A stretch of DNA of 64,000 bases from Elusimicrobiota bacterium (GCA_016180425.1 JACPBF010000002.1:48169-112168), one strand, 5' to 3'; positions 45,824 to 60,800 are shown, numbered from the stretch's first letter. The notes: a model not told the origin generated them from the sequence alone. Numbers and translations: made by a program.

Positions 45824-48800
45824 TTATTGCTGGAGGGCTACAACGGTTTCAATTTCGTGGTCCAGATCTATTTTATTTAAAACTTTGGGGTCAAGCTTAA
45901 TTTTAAGTTTTTCTAGGAGTTCATTCTTTTGTTCTGGGGTTAAGGAAGTGAGAGATTGGATGATCTCATTTACCCAACGAGCCATTTCTGAATCTGCATG
46001 GAAAAGAATGTTCAGTAAGGTAATGCTCTGTCCTTTCAAAGTTTCTAAACCCTGCCAAATCGCTTCCCCGCCAACCAGGGTGAGTCTTTGGTTGGGTTGA
46101 ATTGAAGAGCTGAGCGATCCTGCGTTAAATTTGCCTTGGTCAAAAGCCACGTCCACCACTTTAATTTTAAATTTCTTTTCAAAGCCAATTAAAGCTTGAA
46201 TGTCTTTTGCTTTTAAGAGTTTAGCTTCATCTGTTGCAATCCAAAGTTCTATCGTTTGACCATCTTGCGTTAACTCTTCTAGGGTTGTCATCATCACAGG
46301 CAGATGGAAGAAAGGAACTACTATCACCTCTTTGGCTTTGGAACCTTCAGTAGAACGTTTTAGCTCTTTAACCATCTTAGTTTCTATGGCACGATTTTTG
46401 ATTTTATCTTCGCGCAATTTCTTAAGAAGATCTAGTTTCATCTGGGAAATTAAGAGCTTAACTCCAGGATTTTGGGATATGGATTCCAATGTTTTTGCTA
46501 AATGAATAATAGCCAAATATTCTAAAGTGGTGCTATTGCTAGGCACATGAGCAGGCAAATAAGCATGCACCTCTTCATGCAAGGCCCTAGCCATGAGTTC
46601 TAAAGGAGTCATCCCTTGTTCCAATCGGATATAGATCGTATTAGAGGCATGGTCGTAAAAAGCTTTTGAATCTTTCATTTGTTCTTGGTCAGCTTCTGAT
46701 AATCTCAAAGATTTAGCCTGACCTAACCACTCGCCTTCCTGAACCACTCGAATTAAAGCTTTTTGAACTCTGGTTTTATCCCCATCCACTCCTTCAACTC
46801 TGCTAAACGCATCTCCTAAACTTTCTCCCTGATTCCAGATCCCTGCATTGAATAAAGCTTTAAGCAATACTTCTAACTCTAAGCTGTCCACCCCATCCAG
46901 AGTTTTCTTATTTAATATACTAATAGTTCTTTCTGCGGCAGCTAGGGTCTCTCCTCTTTCTTGAGGCTTATAAGGCAGAAGTTCAGCAATCTTCTCTTTA
47001 ACTGCTTCTCTTTTTTCTTTAGTTAAAAATTCTTTGCCAAAAGCTTTCTGCTCTTTTAGATTTTTTTCTAAATCTTGGATCGCTTTGTCAAAAATCTCCT
47101 TATCTATCCCATCTAATTTTAGACCTAAGAATGCTAATAAGTCTCTAAATTCTTCTATGGGAATATCAGTCAAAGTAGAGAGATAATAGAGTGTGCCTAT
47201 AGCTTGAGCAATAGGATTTCTGGAATTTCTCTTGATCGCGCTTAACTGGGATTCCTGCTTTAAGAATTCCTGTAAATCCAGAGCTACTTTAAACGCATCC
47301 ATATCCTCTTTAAGAGAAGGTTTTTCTGTAAGAAGAAGGTTAAAGAAATCCAAAGCAGTTGGAGTTTTGCCTAACTGTGAAGCTAATTCTTTTACTTTCT
47401 CAGATGTTCTATAGATACTAAATAATGGCTCTGCCATCATAACTTCAGCAAAAGCGCTAGTCTCAAATTTAACTAGTCGTCTCTCTCCCAGATTCTCATA
47501 ATACGCTACAGTCACTTGCGATTGATAAACATCTTTTACCTTAACATTAATTCTTACCAGAGCCGATTGATCTTTGCCAAAAATAAAACTCCTCTCTATT
47601 CTTTGATCTTTGCCTTTTATTAGATCAGCCATCTGCGCGGCAGGAATGGCTCGCATCATAGCTATCAAATCTTCTGCTGTGGGCATGGGTAAATCTGGAT
47701 GTGTGTGTCCCAGTTTAACTCCTGGTATTAAAGAAAGCGCTTTTACAATCCATGATCTTACCTTAACAGAAGTTTCAGTCCCTTGTCCTAATTTAAAGAC
47801 CAATGGATTTTTACGACCAGGAATTTTTATTGAAACAAAAGCCACTTCCTCTTTAGTCTCTCCAATCTTACTCTTTAGACTCATGAAATCTAAAATCTCT
47901 CCGGATTTCAAAACCTCACCTGTTTCACTGATGGCTGTTTGCGCTGACTCTGGTAAACTATTTTTTACTTGATTCAAAAAGTAAATTAACCGGACTTTAT
48001 TACTATCTGCTTCGGGCAATTCCACAATAGTTGGGGCAGCTGCAGCTGATACTGATTCTGGAATTTGGCTCACACCTAGTTCCAGAGTTCTGTTCACAAT
48101 CCTATTTAACTGACCTCGTTTTATAAATTCTGGATTCATCTTAACTAAAGCTAAAGCTAATCTAATTCCATTGACTCCTCCCTGTATTAAATCTGCAAGC
48201 TCTTCCGGCTGGATTGAATTCAAAATTTTCTGAATCTCTAGCGATTGAGCTGTTAAATCTAATTTTGTCCCTTGATCACTCACTAAATAGAGTTTTCCAT
48301 TTTCTAATTTAAAGTTCCCCTCTGCTTGCAAAGTTACCCAACCTTGATTCAAGGCTTCAATCGCGCGAATCTTTTCTAAAACCTCTTTAGCTCCTTTAAT
48401 AGTATCCAATCTTGATTCATTGATTTCTGCCAAACTATCTAAAGCTGCTCTTGCATCTGCAATCCCTTTAATGGTCTTTAATATCCTTGTCAACTCCTCT
48501 ATGCTCCGATCCGTATCTTTTCTAAATCCAAGAGCCTCTACCTGATTGTGCCTAAATCCTGAAGCTTCTAAATATTCATGTCCTAACATATTGGTAACGA
48601 AATATTTAAGATCAGTTTGTTCAGCTAAAACATCCTGAGAAATCAAAACATCTAAACTCCCATCCGCGCTTCTACTATAGGTAATGAAACTCTTTAAATC
48701 TCCAACTTCTCCTAGTTGACCTGGAATTTGCCTAACTCGTTTCACTACTATTACATTTAAATTAATCCCAAGACTGTTTTTAACTTCATCTACTATTTGG

Positions 48801-51800
48801 GCGACCTCTTCTCCTAATTCTGGAGCTAGGCCAATTCCAACTTCATTTAAAATTTGTAAAGTAAGCTCAGTCCCTAAAACTTTAGGAGTGGCAAAATAGG
48901 CTAATATCTCCACAGCTCTTTTTACTAAAGGATTTTTTATGTCAATAGTCTCAGCGCTTAACAGCTTGATCGCTGCTTCTAATTGCGAACTAATTCCTCT
49001 AGGCAATGCAGCGATAACTGCTCTAAATACTGCGTTGTTTGCTCCTTGTAAAGCGTTTAAGCTTCCTAAAATTGGAGTCCATTCCTTTACATCAAACTCT
49101 TCTCCATAAAAAGAGGATTCCATGTTTGGCCCTAAATCTTCTTCACCCCCCTCACCTAAATGCATCACATGCGCATAATCTTCTTGAGTTAAAATTCCTT
49201 CAAACCAACTCAATCCGCTCATGTCTCTTAAAACTTCATCTAAGTCAGGCGGCAAATCCTGATCCAAAGGCAGATTTTCTTCAAATTTCTCTTTGACTCC
49301 TCTTTGCAAATCTCTGGCATAGGATTCTTCCTCTTCTAAATTTTCAAATCTTTCTGGCCGAGATGGATCACGAGTGTCCAAATGTCCTCTTACTTCATGT
49401 TCAAAAAATTCTGCAAAAGCTAAATCATTAGTTAATAACCGTTGTAAAGTATCAAAACTTAAATAAACTACTCCACGAGTTGTACCAGCCCGGCCTGCCT
49501 GATATGCCACTACTTTCTCAGTTTCTTCTCTTTTCTCTTTCTTTACATAAAGTAAATTTTTCGGAGCTTTTGCTTTTTTGCCTGTATCAACAGTCTCTTC
49601 TCGCAGCGCATATTTTTTTGGATTCATGTAAAGATCAATTAAATAGGGAAATATTTTGTTACTATAAATCCGCTCTGCTTTCTCTCTAAAAGGATTGTTC
49701 TTATCTAACCCTAAACTCACTTTCGGTGAAAATTCCGAAAGTTTTAGAACTTCCTTTTTCTCTGCCGCTTTCTTTGCCTCTCCCTCTCCTTCTTTACTAA
49801 CCACTTCTCCCGCTTCTTCCCCTTCAACCCCTTTCTGCTCCTTTAAAATTCGTTCTTCCTCATACTTTACTGCTTTATAAATTGCCTCATTTAAGGCATC
49901 ATCCTCCTCTTGATTCACAACCGTTAAAGATATCTTTCTTAAAATATCTAGTGTATGAATTTCAAACATCCCAGATTGACCATCATCCTCATTAAAACCA
50001 TAGACTAATAAATAGCTTATTCTAGTTAAGATATCCCGAGCCTCTGCTTTCCTGCCTCTACTATCTCCTCCTTCAAAATTTGTTTCATGCGCCACTTTTC
50101 TTAATGTATCTACTAAGCGCTCTAAGGCTTTCCAGCTAGCTTTTGAATTTGGCGCACGAAGCTCTTTTAAGAACCCTTTGATCTTTTCAAATTTTAATCT
50201 CCCATCTTTATTCACCTCAAAAATCTCTAATATCTGATCCATCTTATCTAGAACATTGGGTGACCATGGATTTACTAACACAACCTCAATAAAACCATTT
50301 AATAACAATTCTTTTGTGCGTGAATCTAAATATTTTGATTGTTCTATCCTTTCTGAAAATCTCTGTAATAACTCCTGTTCTGCTCCCACTATCACTGCGT
50401 CTCCTTTCCTCACTCTTCCTTCTCCTGCGCTCACTTTCCCTTCTTTACTCTTTTTCAAAGCGATCTTCCTTGCACTCCCATAGAGTACGCTTAAATAAAT
50501 CCCCAACTTCACTGTTCGTTCTCTAATCTCAGCTCTGCGTCCTCCTTTTATCGCTTTGTCAGAGGGAGACGGCTCCTTTCCTCTTACTCCTTTTCCCCCT
50601 CCCTCTTCAACTCCTTTCTCTCCTTCTTCAGGCAAAACCTTTTTAGCGCTTACCATCTTTCCAAAAATTGTTCTTATTCTTTGCAGCATGTTTGGAGCTT
50701 TGATCTCTTCGCTTTCTTCAGCTACTCCTCCGATCTCATCCTCTTCAGACAGTTCAAGTTCTCCTGTTGGAGATCTGGTCCCTGACTGCGCTAACAAACT
50801 CCTTAACTCCTCTGTCCTCTTGGCAAGTTTAGTTGTGGATACTGCCTTAACTTCAGTTGGCTCTTCTGCAGGCGCAATTTTTCCTGTATCCACTGCTCGA
50901 GGCATAACAGTTTCTTCTCCAACAACCAGCTCTTCAGTCTTGGCTGCTTTCACAACTTTTGTTTGTTCTGGCGGAACAAGTTTACCTGTCTTACCTGCTT
51001 TAACCACTGGAGCTTCTTCTAGGGGTTGAAGTTTAGTTGTGGGTGTGCGAACAGTTCCTTTAGTTTTTGCAGCTGCGGGAGTTGCGGTTGCTTCTTCTGG
51101 ACGTACTAGCTTACCTGTCTTACCTGCTCTAGGAGTTGCTGCATCTTCTCTTGGAGGGATAAGTTCACCTGTTTTAGCTGCTCGAACAATCGCCTCTGTT
51201 TTTTGCGCAGGAGTGAGTTTTGTGGTAGTTCTAACTGATACTGGGGTATCTTCAGGAGCTCTTGCAATTAGCTCTTCTTTTTTAGCTCTAGTGAGTTTAG
51301 TAGTTACTTTAGCGGATTCTGCCTTCCCTACTTTTGGTTTCTCTGGCACAACAATAGGTTCAGGCGCTTGAGCTTCTGTGATTTTTTCAGGTCCTAGTAA
51401 TACTGTTTCAGCTTTAGGTTCTTGAGTTTCTGTGGTTCGAGCCACAACGCGTAAATCTTTTAGTGTCGGTATATTTTCCACGTAGTTATTTACATTACTC
51501 ATAGCGTCTCTTGCGATTCTTTGCGCTCTATTCTCAACTGCGCCTGTTTTCATTCTGTTATAAGAATCATTGATGAAGCCAATAATTCTCGCTTCATGTT
51601 CTAGAGATTGGAGACCAGGATATTCTCCAAATAGTTCTCTTAGTTCCCCAATCAAGATAGCGACGAACCTTCCATCAGTTAAAACATCAGCGGATAAGCG
51701 ATTTGCAATTCTTTGTCCCAGAGCGTCAGCAATCCAGTTATAATGGGATTTTTCACCAACATTAGGAACCAATGGCGCAGCAGGAACAGGAACAGCAGGA

Positions 51801-54800
51801 GTAGTAGGAATTTCAGATTTAGAGACTGCTAAAAACGGAACTGGCGGAGCAACTAAACGTTCTTCTCTTGGGATGGGCTTTTCTTTCAAGCTCAAGAGCT
51901 GAGCAATGGTGAGACGATCTGCATCCGTATTATAAAGCCTATCCACAATATTGTATGCAGTATCAATCTCTGAAACAGTAGATTTTAATCCAAACTTTTT
52001 ACCAAAAGAGTCTGGCAAATCATTCCTAACCCCAAATGCGCCAAAAGCATGGAGCAAAGTTTGCAATTGAGGATAGGTTAGGGTCTGATTATTTAAAGAT
52101 GCGAGCGCCTTCACAGTCTCATCCACTCCCACCTCGCCTCCCCAGACAAGACTATTGAGAATTGCCGCTCTTTCAAACAGATTTAGTTTGCGGAATGCGC
52201 TCTCCGCATTTTTATTCTTAGCAATCGCCTGTAAGATCTCGCCATCATCTCTCTCCCAATAATTTCTTGGCAACTCTTTACGCACAAATCGCCATAATTT
52301 CCATGCGCCTTCATCCGCTCCCAAAATAAATGAAACAGGCATATTTCTTTTCTCTGCAGCGGTTAAGATTTGAACCCGGTTCCCCAGGAGCAAGGGATTT
52401 CCAATGACTTTCTTTGCTTGTGCGGCAAAAAGTTTTGCATCCATCCCCAATGTTTCAGCTAGCTCTTCAAACTCTTGAACTGTCATGCTATTGTTTGCAA
52501 ACCGCAAGAGAGCCTTAATTAAATTTTCTACATCTTTAACTCCTGAAATATCCCCAATTGCCTTGAGCGCGTTCTCTTCTAGCTTTGCTAAGAGCGCCAC
52601 TAATTGCGCTTTTTGTCCGGATTCTAAACTTCTAGCAATCTCTAATGCAATTCTAGTATCAAAGAACCAGAAAGGTAGATCAAACCCAGCTCTGCCAAAA
52701 GAATTTCTAATGCTGCGGATCTCTCTTAGACCTGTGGCAGCAACATTTTCTACCGCATAACCATGCTCCTTCAGACCTAAATTTTTAGCAATGTTAGCAA
52801 GGGAGTTGGTAGAACCATCCAATTGAATCGCTTCAAGGAATTTAACCACTTGAACAGCTTCTTTTTTATCTTGAGGAAGTAATGCGCTTCTTCTCAATGC
52901 CTCTTTTCCTTTATCATCCAGGTTATCCCAGAGAAGAAGCAACTTCTGTGCCGCAATTTCGGATAAAACCTCAAGCAGTGGCGCGGAAACAAGATTGGCA
53001 AGTTTGGGCTGATCCTTTAATAAGTCCCATCCCTTATTTGCTTTTTCTGAAAGCTTTTCTCTGCGGGCTGATGCTGCTTTCTGAACTCGTTCCACAGATT
53101 TAGGCAGACCAATATCTTGAGCGATCTGTTCAATAATTTGGCGCGGTGTCATCCACTTCATTTTACCGAGATTATTGGCAAGTCTTTCTGCCTTATTTTT
53201 CTGGTTATAGTTCCTGAACATTTTAATGACCTGCTCTCTTTCAGATTTGTCTAAAACAGACCAAATAGTCCTTAAACTTTTTACACCGTTTTCCCTGATT
53301 TTAAGAAGAAGAGGAATGGTTACGCTGTCCGCAAGATTTTGCATGATAGTATCTTTTCCTTCTCCAAGCGCAAGCCAATTTTTAAGAGCAACAACCGCTT
53401 CGTCCTTAGATAAATTACCTAAAATTTGAAGAGTTAAAAATTCTTTCTGTTGAGGACCCAAGCCAACTGTTTGAAGGAATTCAAAATCAACTTTAACTTC
53501 TCCAAAAAGTCTGTCAAAGATTCGAACCAATTCTGGAAGAGTTGCGCTGCCATTAGTCCATTTTTCTAAAAGCTCAACAAAATCTTTTGCTTCCTCGCCC
53601 CATTTGTCCATTTCCGCAAGAGCTTTCAAAGCTTGATCCCTATATTCTTGGGGCAGCGAAAGTATCTTTGCGATCACAGCCACTTTGTCCCGCTTCACTA
53701 GCGCCTTAACCCCGTTCTGATTTAAAAATTTCACTGGCATTGTTTCCAAGACACTATTCCTCTTCATAGCGCGCATCAGTTTTATGATGCCATCCACAAG
53801 ATCTCGATAGCCTTTATTTCCAAGAACTGCAGGAGAAAATCCAAGCACAGGCAGCACGAAGTCTCTTGCATAATTCGAAAGACCTGTCCCCTCCAAAATT
53901 TCAGCAACCTCTTTAAGAGCCAACTGTTTACCTTTTTCTATTTTCTTAACCAGAGAGACCAACTTCTTAAATATGTCAGGGTTTGTATCCGCAAGAAGAT
54001 TAAAAGGAAGCGAATCCAATCTCTCCCTTGTTTTATCCTGGGAAGAAAGCCTTTTATAATTCTTTTCAAAATTTTTGATTTGCTGATCCTTCAGTCCAAG
54101 AATTTGATAAGCATCTTCTTTTGTTAATTCAATAACTGAATCATCTATCAATGTGACGGATCTGCCCTCTACAAGCCGAATAAGCTCATTCAGGTCTCGC
54201 GCAGTTACCACTGCTCCTTCTTTATCAAGTTTTTTGCCAATGGAAGCCAAATGTTCTACTCCCTCATGGCTCAAAGCGGCCAAGACAAGAACTGAAACTT
54301 TTTTCGCAAGAGAGGACTCCTTGATTTTTTCATAGTTTGCGGCAATCTGATTTCCATCCAGTCCAGAGAGCTGATAAAACGCTTTTGCCATTTTATCTCC
54401 AAGAGACTGCACTTGAGAGGGATAGACTTTTTTAAGATCCTTATCCAGAAGTTCCACTAAACTCCGAGACTCAAATGGGGTTGCTTCTGAAATTAAGCTG
54501 GTGATCAAATCTTTTTTATGAGCTCCGCTAATATTGGGATTCCATAAATAAGAATTCAATTTTTCCATAAACCGAGGATTTGAAAGCAAAGCCTTGCCAA
54601 ACGCGCTTTTTAAGAATTCCGCGCCATTGACTCCAATCACTTCCAGCCGCGCTGCCACTCCTTTTCTTAAGAAACTTCTTGTAAAGATATCAATAGCGTT
54701 TCGGTTAAAACCTTTTAGCTCTTGAATTGTAAATTCATCCCTGACGGATGCGGGCAAACGGTTATAAATCGCAACAACATTAGCTGCGTCACGACCCTTT

Positions 54801-57800
54801 AATCCCAATAAAAGGGTGAGCGCTCTTTGCATTGGCAAACCAAGACTGGCTGAAAGGTTTTTAAGTTCCCCAGCTTTTAACTTGTTTCGTTTAATTTTAT
54901 TGAACTGTTCTTGAAGCGCATTTAAAGCGCCGCGTTCCGCTGCTACTTCTCCAAAAGCCTTATCTTCCTCTGCCATTGCGGAAAGATTATTCAGCACTCT
55001 TCTCCTGGACCACCAGGAACTTAAGAAAAGAACCGGAGCCAGAGCCTGCAAAATTTGTTGAGATCCATTTTCTTCAAGCAAGGGAGAAAAATTTTTATTT
55101 TCAAGAATCCCAATCCCCATCTCTAACGCCCGATCCGCCTGCTTGGGATTGATTCCAGAAAGGAAAGCAAAGATTGCTCTGATTGCTTTATCCGAAGGAT
55201 CAAGAGATTCAAGCGCTTTAATAAACGGTCTCCACATTACCGAAGCCATCAAAGCATCCACCAGCGGACCATTGGCAAGAAGTTCAAAAGGAACAAATTT
55301 CGCCTGCCCTCTTAATTTTGTTTCAGACTCTTTTATTGTATTGTTCTGTTGAGGCGTAAACCCTAGAAGAGAAATTAAAAGATTACGGTCTTCAGACTGG
55401 TCAAACAACATGGGTGACAATAGAGCGCCAGCTGCAAGAAATTCAGAAGCTTTTTGAATGAGAATGGATGCTGTCTTTGCTTTTTTAGATGTAAGGTTGG
55501 CTAAAGCTTGAAGTCCGCTCTTTTCTCTTTGTTTAGAAAAAGAGCTTAATAATTTAAGATGGTCTAACCCGGGTTGAAGAGCCGCTTGCGCTTCTTCAAC
55601 AGTTGCTAATGACGCTTTTGTTTCTTCGCTTGTTCGCGCACCGGGTTGCACTAGAGCCAGGGCATGAAGATTCCAGTTTTTGAGTTCTTTGATAGCCCCG
55701 TCCAGAATATCTTTTTCTGAAAGATGTTCCTCTCTTTGCTCTTCTTTGTAACGCTTTAGTTGGCTCAAGACTACCATCTGCCGTAAAACAACTAAACGGA
55801 AAAGAGCCTCATTCTTTGCGATTGACTCTGGAATTAAAAGATGGCCATCCTCTGTTACAGTAGGGACTCTACCCACAGCTTCATCTGAAACAATATGGAT
55901 ATTCTCAGCTGACAAAATATCCTGCGCAGCAGGAATTGAACGGAGCCAATTCCCCATACGGGTTTGTAAAGTCTCTCTAAAATTTTGGGATGTTTCCATC
56001 TTTCCATTCATCACTTCTTCTACCGCCTGCCAGGCTGCATTTTTAAGCAGGGCAGACAGAACCACTTGAATATTCCCTCTTGCATCCACAGTCACTTGAA
56101 TGCCTTGATCTTCAAGTCGTTTGATTAGATCTTTTCTCCGAATTGAATCAGTTTGATTTTTTAGTTTTTGAGATAATAAATTAGGAAGGTCAGCGTGGAA
56201 TAAGTGTTGGCGTTCAGCGGAAATTCCTTTAGCCGCATTTTCTAGGAGCCCTTGTAGTTCCTCTCTTACTTCATCGGATGAATCGGTCTCAAAATTGACC
56301 GCTCCTTTATTCACAGGGACATTAACTGCATTCAAAGCTTTTACAGAGGCAAACCAACGTGTTTCTTTAGAAAGAGGACTTTCTTCATCCGTAACAGCAT
56401 TGACTAAATCCTTTTCTGCTTGAATTAAATCCTCCACAGATCTAGAAGTTTCAGCATCTTTAAATTGACTGATCTTGTTCTTATAGTTTTGTACAGCACG
56501 GCCCACTTTTTTCCATGCCTCCCCGTACTTTGCCCATTCTGTTTGATCAGCTTCAATATCTAAGCTCGCTACCTGCACAAGACGGTTCGCTTCAGCTTGC
56601 GACAGATTGAACTGCCCTGTAAGAGCCATAATCGTATTCATCAAATCTTCCTCACGCATGTAAGGGTTGGCAGCAATGGTATCCCGAACTGAACGCGCTG
56701 CTTTGCCAAGATTGGTATTTTCAGGAATTGCGCTGGAAGCAAGACTAGACCAATCTTTATTGCTTCCAATCCCTTGCTTTAAAACTTCCAAGAAATCAAT
56801 CACTCCAATTTTTCCTTTTTCTGTAAGAAGATGCTTTTTCATGAGATTTGCTAAAGCTTCAATCTGTTCTCGTGTTACAGGATCAGCACTATCTTCAAGT
56901 TTTTTTGCGCCTGCAGCAACTGCCTGGGCCTGGCTTAATAATGATTTCAGCTGTCCGTTGGAAAGTTCATTCAGCCAATCCCAAGCACGCATAAATTTTT
57001 CTCTTTCCAGATTTGTCTTAAGACCTTTGTAAAGACGAAGGAACTCTTCCTGAGAACTCTCGCTTGCTTCCCCCTCTAAACCCGTGGCATCCCATAAATT
57101 TTTCCATTGTTTATCCAAAACTTTTTTAAAGTTCGGTTCTTGGATGCTGTCCGGTGTCAATGCTGCGGATTTTGCTCCCTTGTTTTGCTCTCTCATAATA
57201 TCTGGCGCTTCCACCTTTATTAAAGCGCTCTTAAAAGCATCCTCAGGGCTCAAATCCGCAAGCTCTAAAACCCTCATCTTTTTCATCTCTTCCAGAACTT
57301 TTGCCTGTTCTGGATTATTCGCAGCTTTTGCATTCACAAAACCTAAGAAAATATCAGAAATATTGTTGATTTGATCTTCACTCGCATTCGCTTTAAATAA
57401 AACTAACGCGATTTCAGCAATCTCTTCTCTATCTAGTTCTGTCTCATCAGAAACCTCATCTATCACAGCTATAAAATCTTCCCAAGTTAACTCATTCTGA
57501 GTGACCTTTCCAGAGCTTCTCACTTCCCTTTCTGCCATCTTTCGTTTTATGCCCCCAATGTTTCCCAAAGCGCCTGTAACAGCTGAAAACTTTCCCTTTT
57601 GAGGCTCTTGTTCTTCCATCTTTTTATTTACAGCCTCCTCTATTTTCTTTTCAACTACTTTGTTCATGGCAGCGTAACTCTTCTCTCTAATAGTCTCTTT
57701 GACAAAACGTTTAAGAATTTTTTCTAAACCTTTTCCTAAAACATCTACCAATTTACCTGATAGCCCATAAGAACTCAAACCAATTGATAAAACTTTTCCA

Positions 57801-60800
57801 ATAATTCTCCAGACATCACTGCCTGGCAAGAACATTCCAAAAATTACACCCATGATAGGAACTACAATGTCCGCTGCAAACTTTACAACTTTATTCTCTG
57901 TTTTTGAAGAGATCATTTTTGCAATGGGGATAACAGCTGCATTGATAAGACCTAAGGTCACTAAACTAACTGGACCAATCGCCGCAACCGCCAGAGGAGC
58001 AGCTACAAAAAATATTGCAGCTGCTAATCCTGCTGCAAAAATAACCTTGATCCCAAAAACAGCTATTGTTTTAGGATTGTAAGTTGTTTGTAAAAAAGAG
58101 CTGGCAAAACGGTTAAAGAATTTTAAACCTGAATCAATTGCATTGGATTTTCCAGATTTTACAATGTCGCTTAAACCAGCGCGTTTCGCGAACTTGTTGA
58201 ACCGAGAACGGTCAGGTTTTCTTGCATCGCCTGATTTCTGATAGTAAGAATAGTTCCGCACTGTATTTGCAATGGTTTCACGATCCTCTCTGGTTTGTTT
58301 AAACTCAACTTTGTTAGACTCAGCGCTATATTGCGCGGAACTTAAAAGATGGATCGCCTGCAAAACAACTAAATGATGATTGACCTGCTCATCATTCATG
58401 GAGACAAGAGATTTCATTGCGGATTTTTCCCAAGATTTAGCGGCCATCCCCAATAACAACTTAGACCAGACAAACTGCGCCATTTTAGGAAGAGCCAATG
58501 CCGCCACAAAAAATCCAAAAAATTTGTTATTCGCCAGTTTTTGCTGTTGTTCATAACCTAAATTAGAAGTTAATCCTTTAAAAATGTTTTGTCTGGCAAA
58601 ACCAAAATTTTCTTCAGCACCTCTAGCCTGACTAAGCCGGCTTTGAGCCTTGCGAGCAGCTTGTGTCTGAGTAAGAGGAAGATCAATTTCCTTAAATCCC
58701 TCCACGCCCTCTCTTTCATATTGAGTCATGAGATCTTTGGCAGAAACCGGTATGCCGCTTTTTTGTCCAGCTCGAACAATCACACCTAAATTGATTGAGG
58801 TTCCTAAATCCCACTGATTATTGACTAGTAGAGAAGCAGCGCCCATAGCCCAACTAAATCTGGATTCAAATTTGTCTTCATCTTTAGCCTGTTTTGAAAT
58901 AGAAAATTTTAAAGAAGGATCTTCGCTTGCCAGCAAGGCGCTTAAATTCTCATCGTCGTCCGCTTCCTGGGATAAGACTTGAAGCAGGTTGGACATGAAA
59001 ACCTGACCTTTATAAGTGAGTTGCCCGCCGCGGGAAAGGGAGCTATCCTTTTTCAGCTGATCTTCTAGTTGAGAGAGTAGTTGACCGGCTCTTTCTTTAG
59101 AAACGTTATTTCCCCTGGCCTGCTGTTTGACCTTTGTTTTAGCTTGCTCAATGGTTCGAGGAGCATTGGCTAAAGCCCCTCCCTGGCCAAAATCCGGGAT
59201 AATCTCATCCGCGTATCTGTACATGGTATCCACCATATCTTGCAGATTTTCAGTTTTATTGATGATGGTTCGTTTTGTTTCTCCTGGCTTAACACTTTTC
59301 CAATCCTTCAAGAGATTTTCCACTTCAGCGCGCAAATCCCCTTCCTCTCCCTTGGTTCCTAATTTACCGCGCAGCTCATTCAATGCCAAGACCGCTTCCT
59401 TCTTTAAATTTTCAAACCCTAAATCCAGCCTTCTTGCCCCGTCAATCTCACCCTCTTTATCCATTTCTTTGCTGGTCCACTGAGGTTCGCTATATTCCCG
59501 ATTTAAAACTTTATCTAGGATTTCAAACACTTTTATTCCCATAGGGCTATCCTGCCCTCCAGCTTTAGCCAAGAAATCATTCAACTTTTGAATAAAGAAT
59601 TTATCCTTAATCGCATCCACTAAACCAAATTGTAATCCGCTAGAAGACTTTCTCAATCCCTCATATTTCGTGACCAAATCAAAATCATTATACTGACCAT
59701 TTTTTTCTTTCTGAACCGTCAGCTCCCCTTTTTTAATCTTATTTTCAATCCACTCCATAATTGCCTTATTCTCTCTTAATTTCTTTGCTTTCTCAGCCAG
59801 AACTTTTTTATCCAGATAAACTTTGCGGCCCGATTTATTGCCATTAGCCGCCATTTCTCCACCCCGATCCACCCGTCCAAAGGCTTGTCTTAAGAAATCA
59901 CCGTCTGCAATTCCCTTGCCTCCTTCTCCATGACCATCCACAATCAAATTAAAATCGCCTTTATAGTCTAGCCCAATGCCGGCTCTTCTTCCGCCAACAA
60001 TGACTCTGGCCTCATAAACAGGAATCTTGTTTCCATTTTTATCTTTAATAAATTCCCCGTATTTATCTTTTTGGTAAATGATATTTCCTTGAGCATCTTT
60101 AGCTCTTGCATCAATCATTTTATTAATAGAGTCAGGGTCCGCGTTTGAGTCAATCTCAGAAACCTTGATCCCTCTATTCTTTAACATTTCTATGACCCTG
60201 CTCCGCAAAACTGGATCTAAAGAGATAATGAGATGTTGACCAATCCCTTTTTCCATACCATTGAGAACATCCTGAACAATCAATGCTGCTCTTTCTTCCA
60301 TGCTCTTGCCATCTAATATCTCTAGCTCAATTTGATCTCCGCTCGCCTTGCCTTTTCCCGCATAAGTGAAATCTTTAAAATCGCCATGTTCTCCAAACTT
60401 GCCAACCGCAATACCATAGGCGTCTGCCATTGCCCGAACTCCTTCCAAAGTTCCAGAAAGACCCACTCTCTGACCTTTCCAGTTAAAAAGCCGGCTGCCG
60501 GAAGTAGCAAGCGCGGTCCTGCTAATGGATACTGCTTCCAATGCTTCTTCGTGAGAAAGTTTTTTATCAGTCGCTGTTTTTCCATCCGCTCCCACAACTT
60601 TAATGTTTCTGGATGCCGCATAAGCATAAGCATGGTCATGAAAAACACGGTTGGGCTGTACCTGGCCATTGCTGTCTATTGGCACAACCTTGCCGTTCAC
60701 CAAACCAAACTTTTCGCCCGCGCTCTCTTTAATTGCCTTTAACATAGATTCAATATGGGCAGCGGAAATGCCTTCTCTTTTTGCTTGCTGCTCAATCGCT

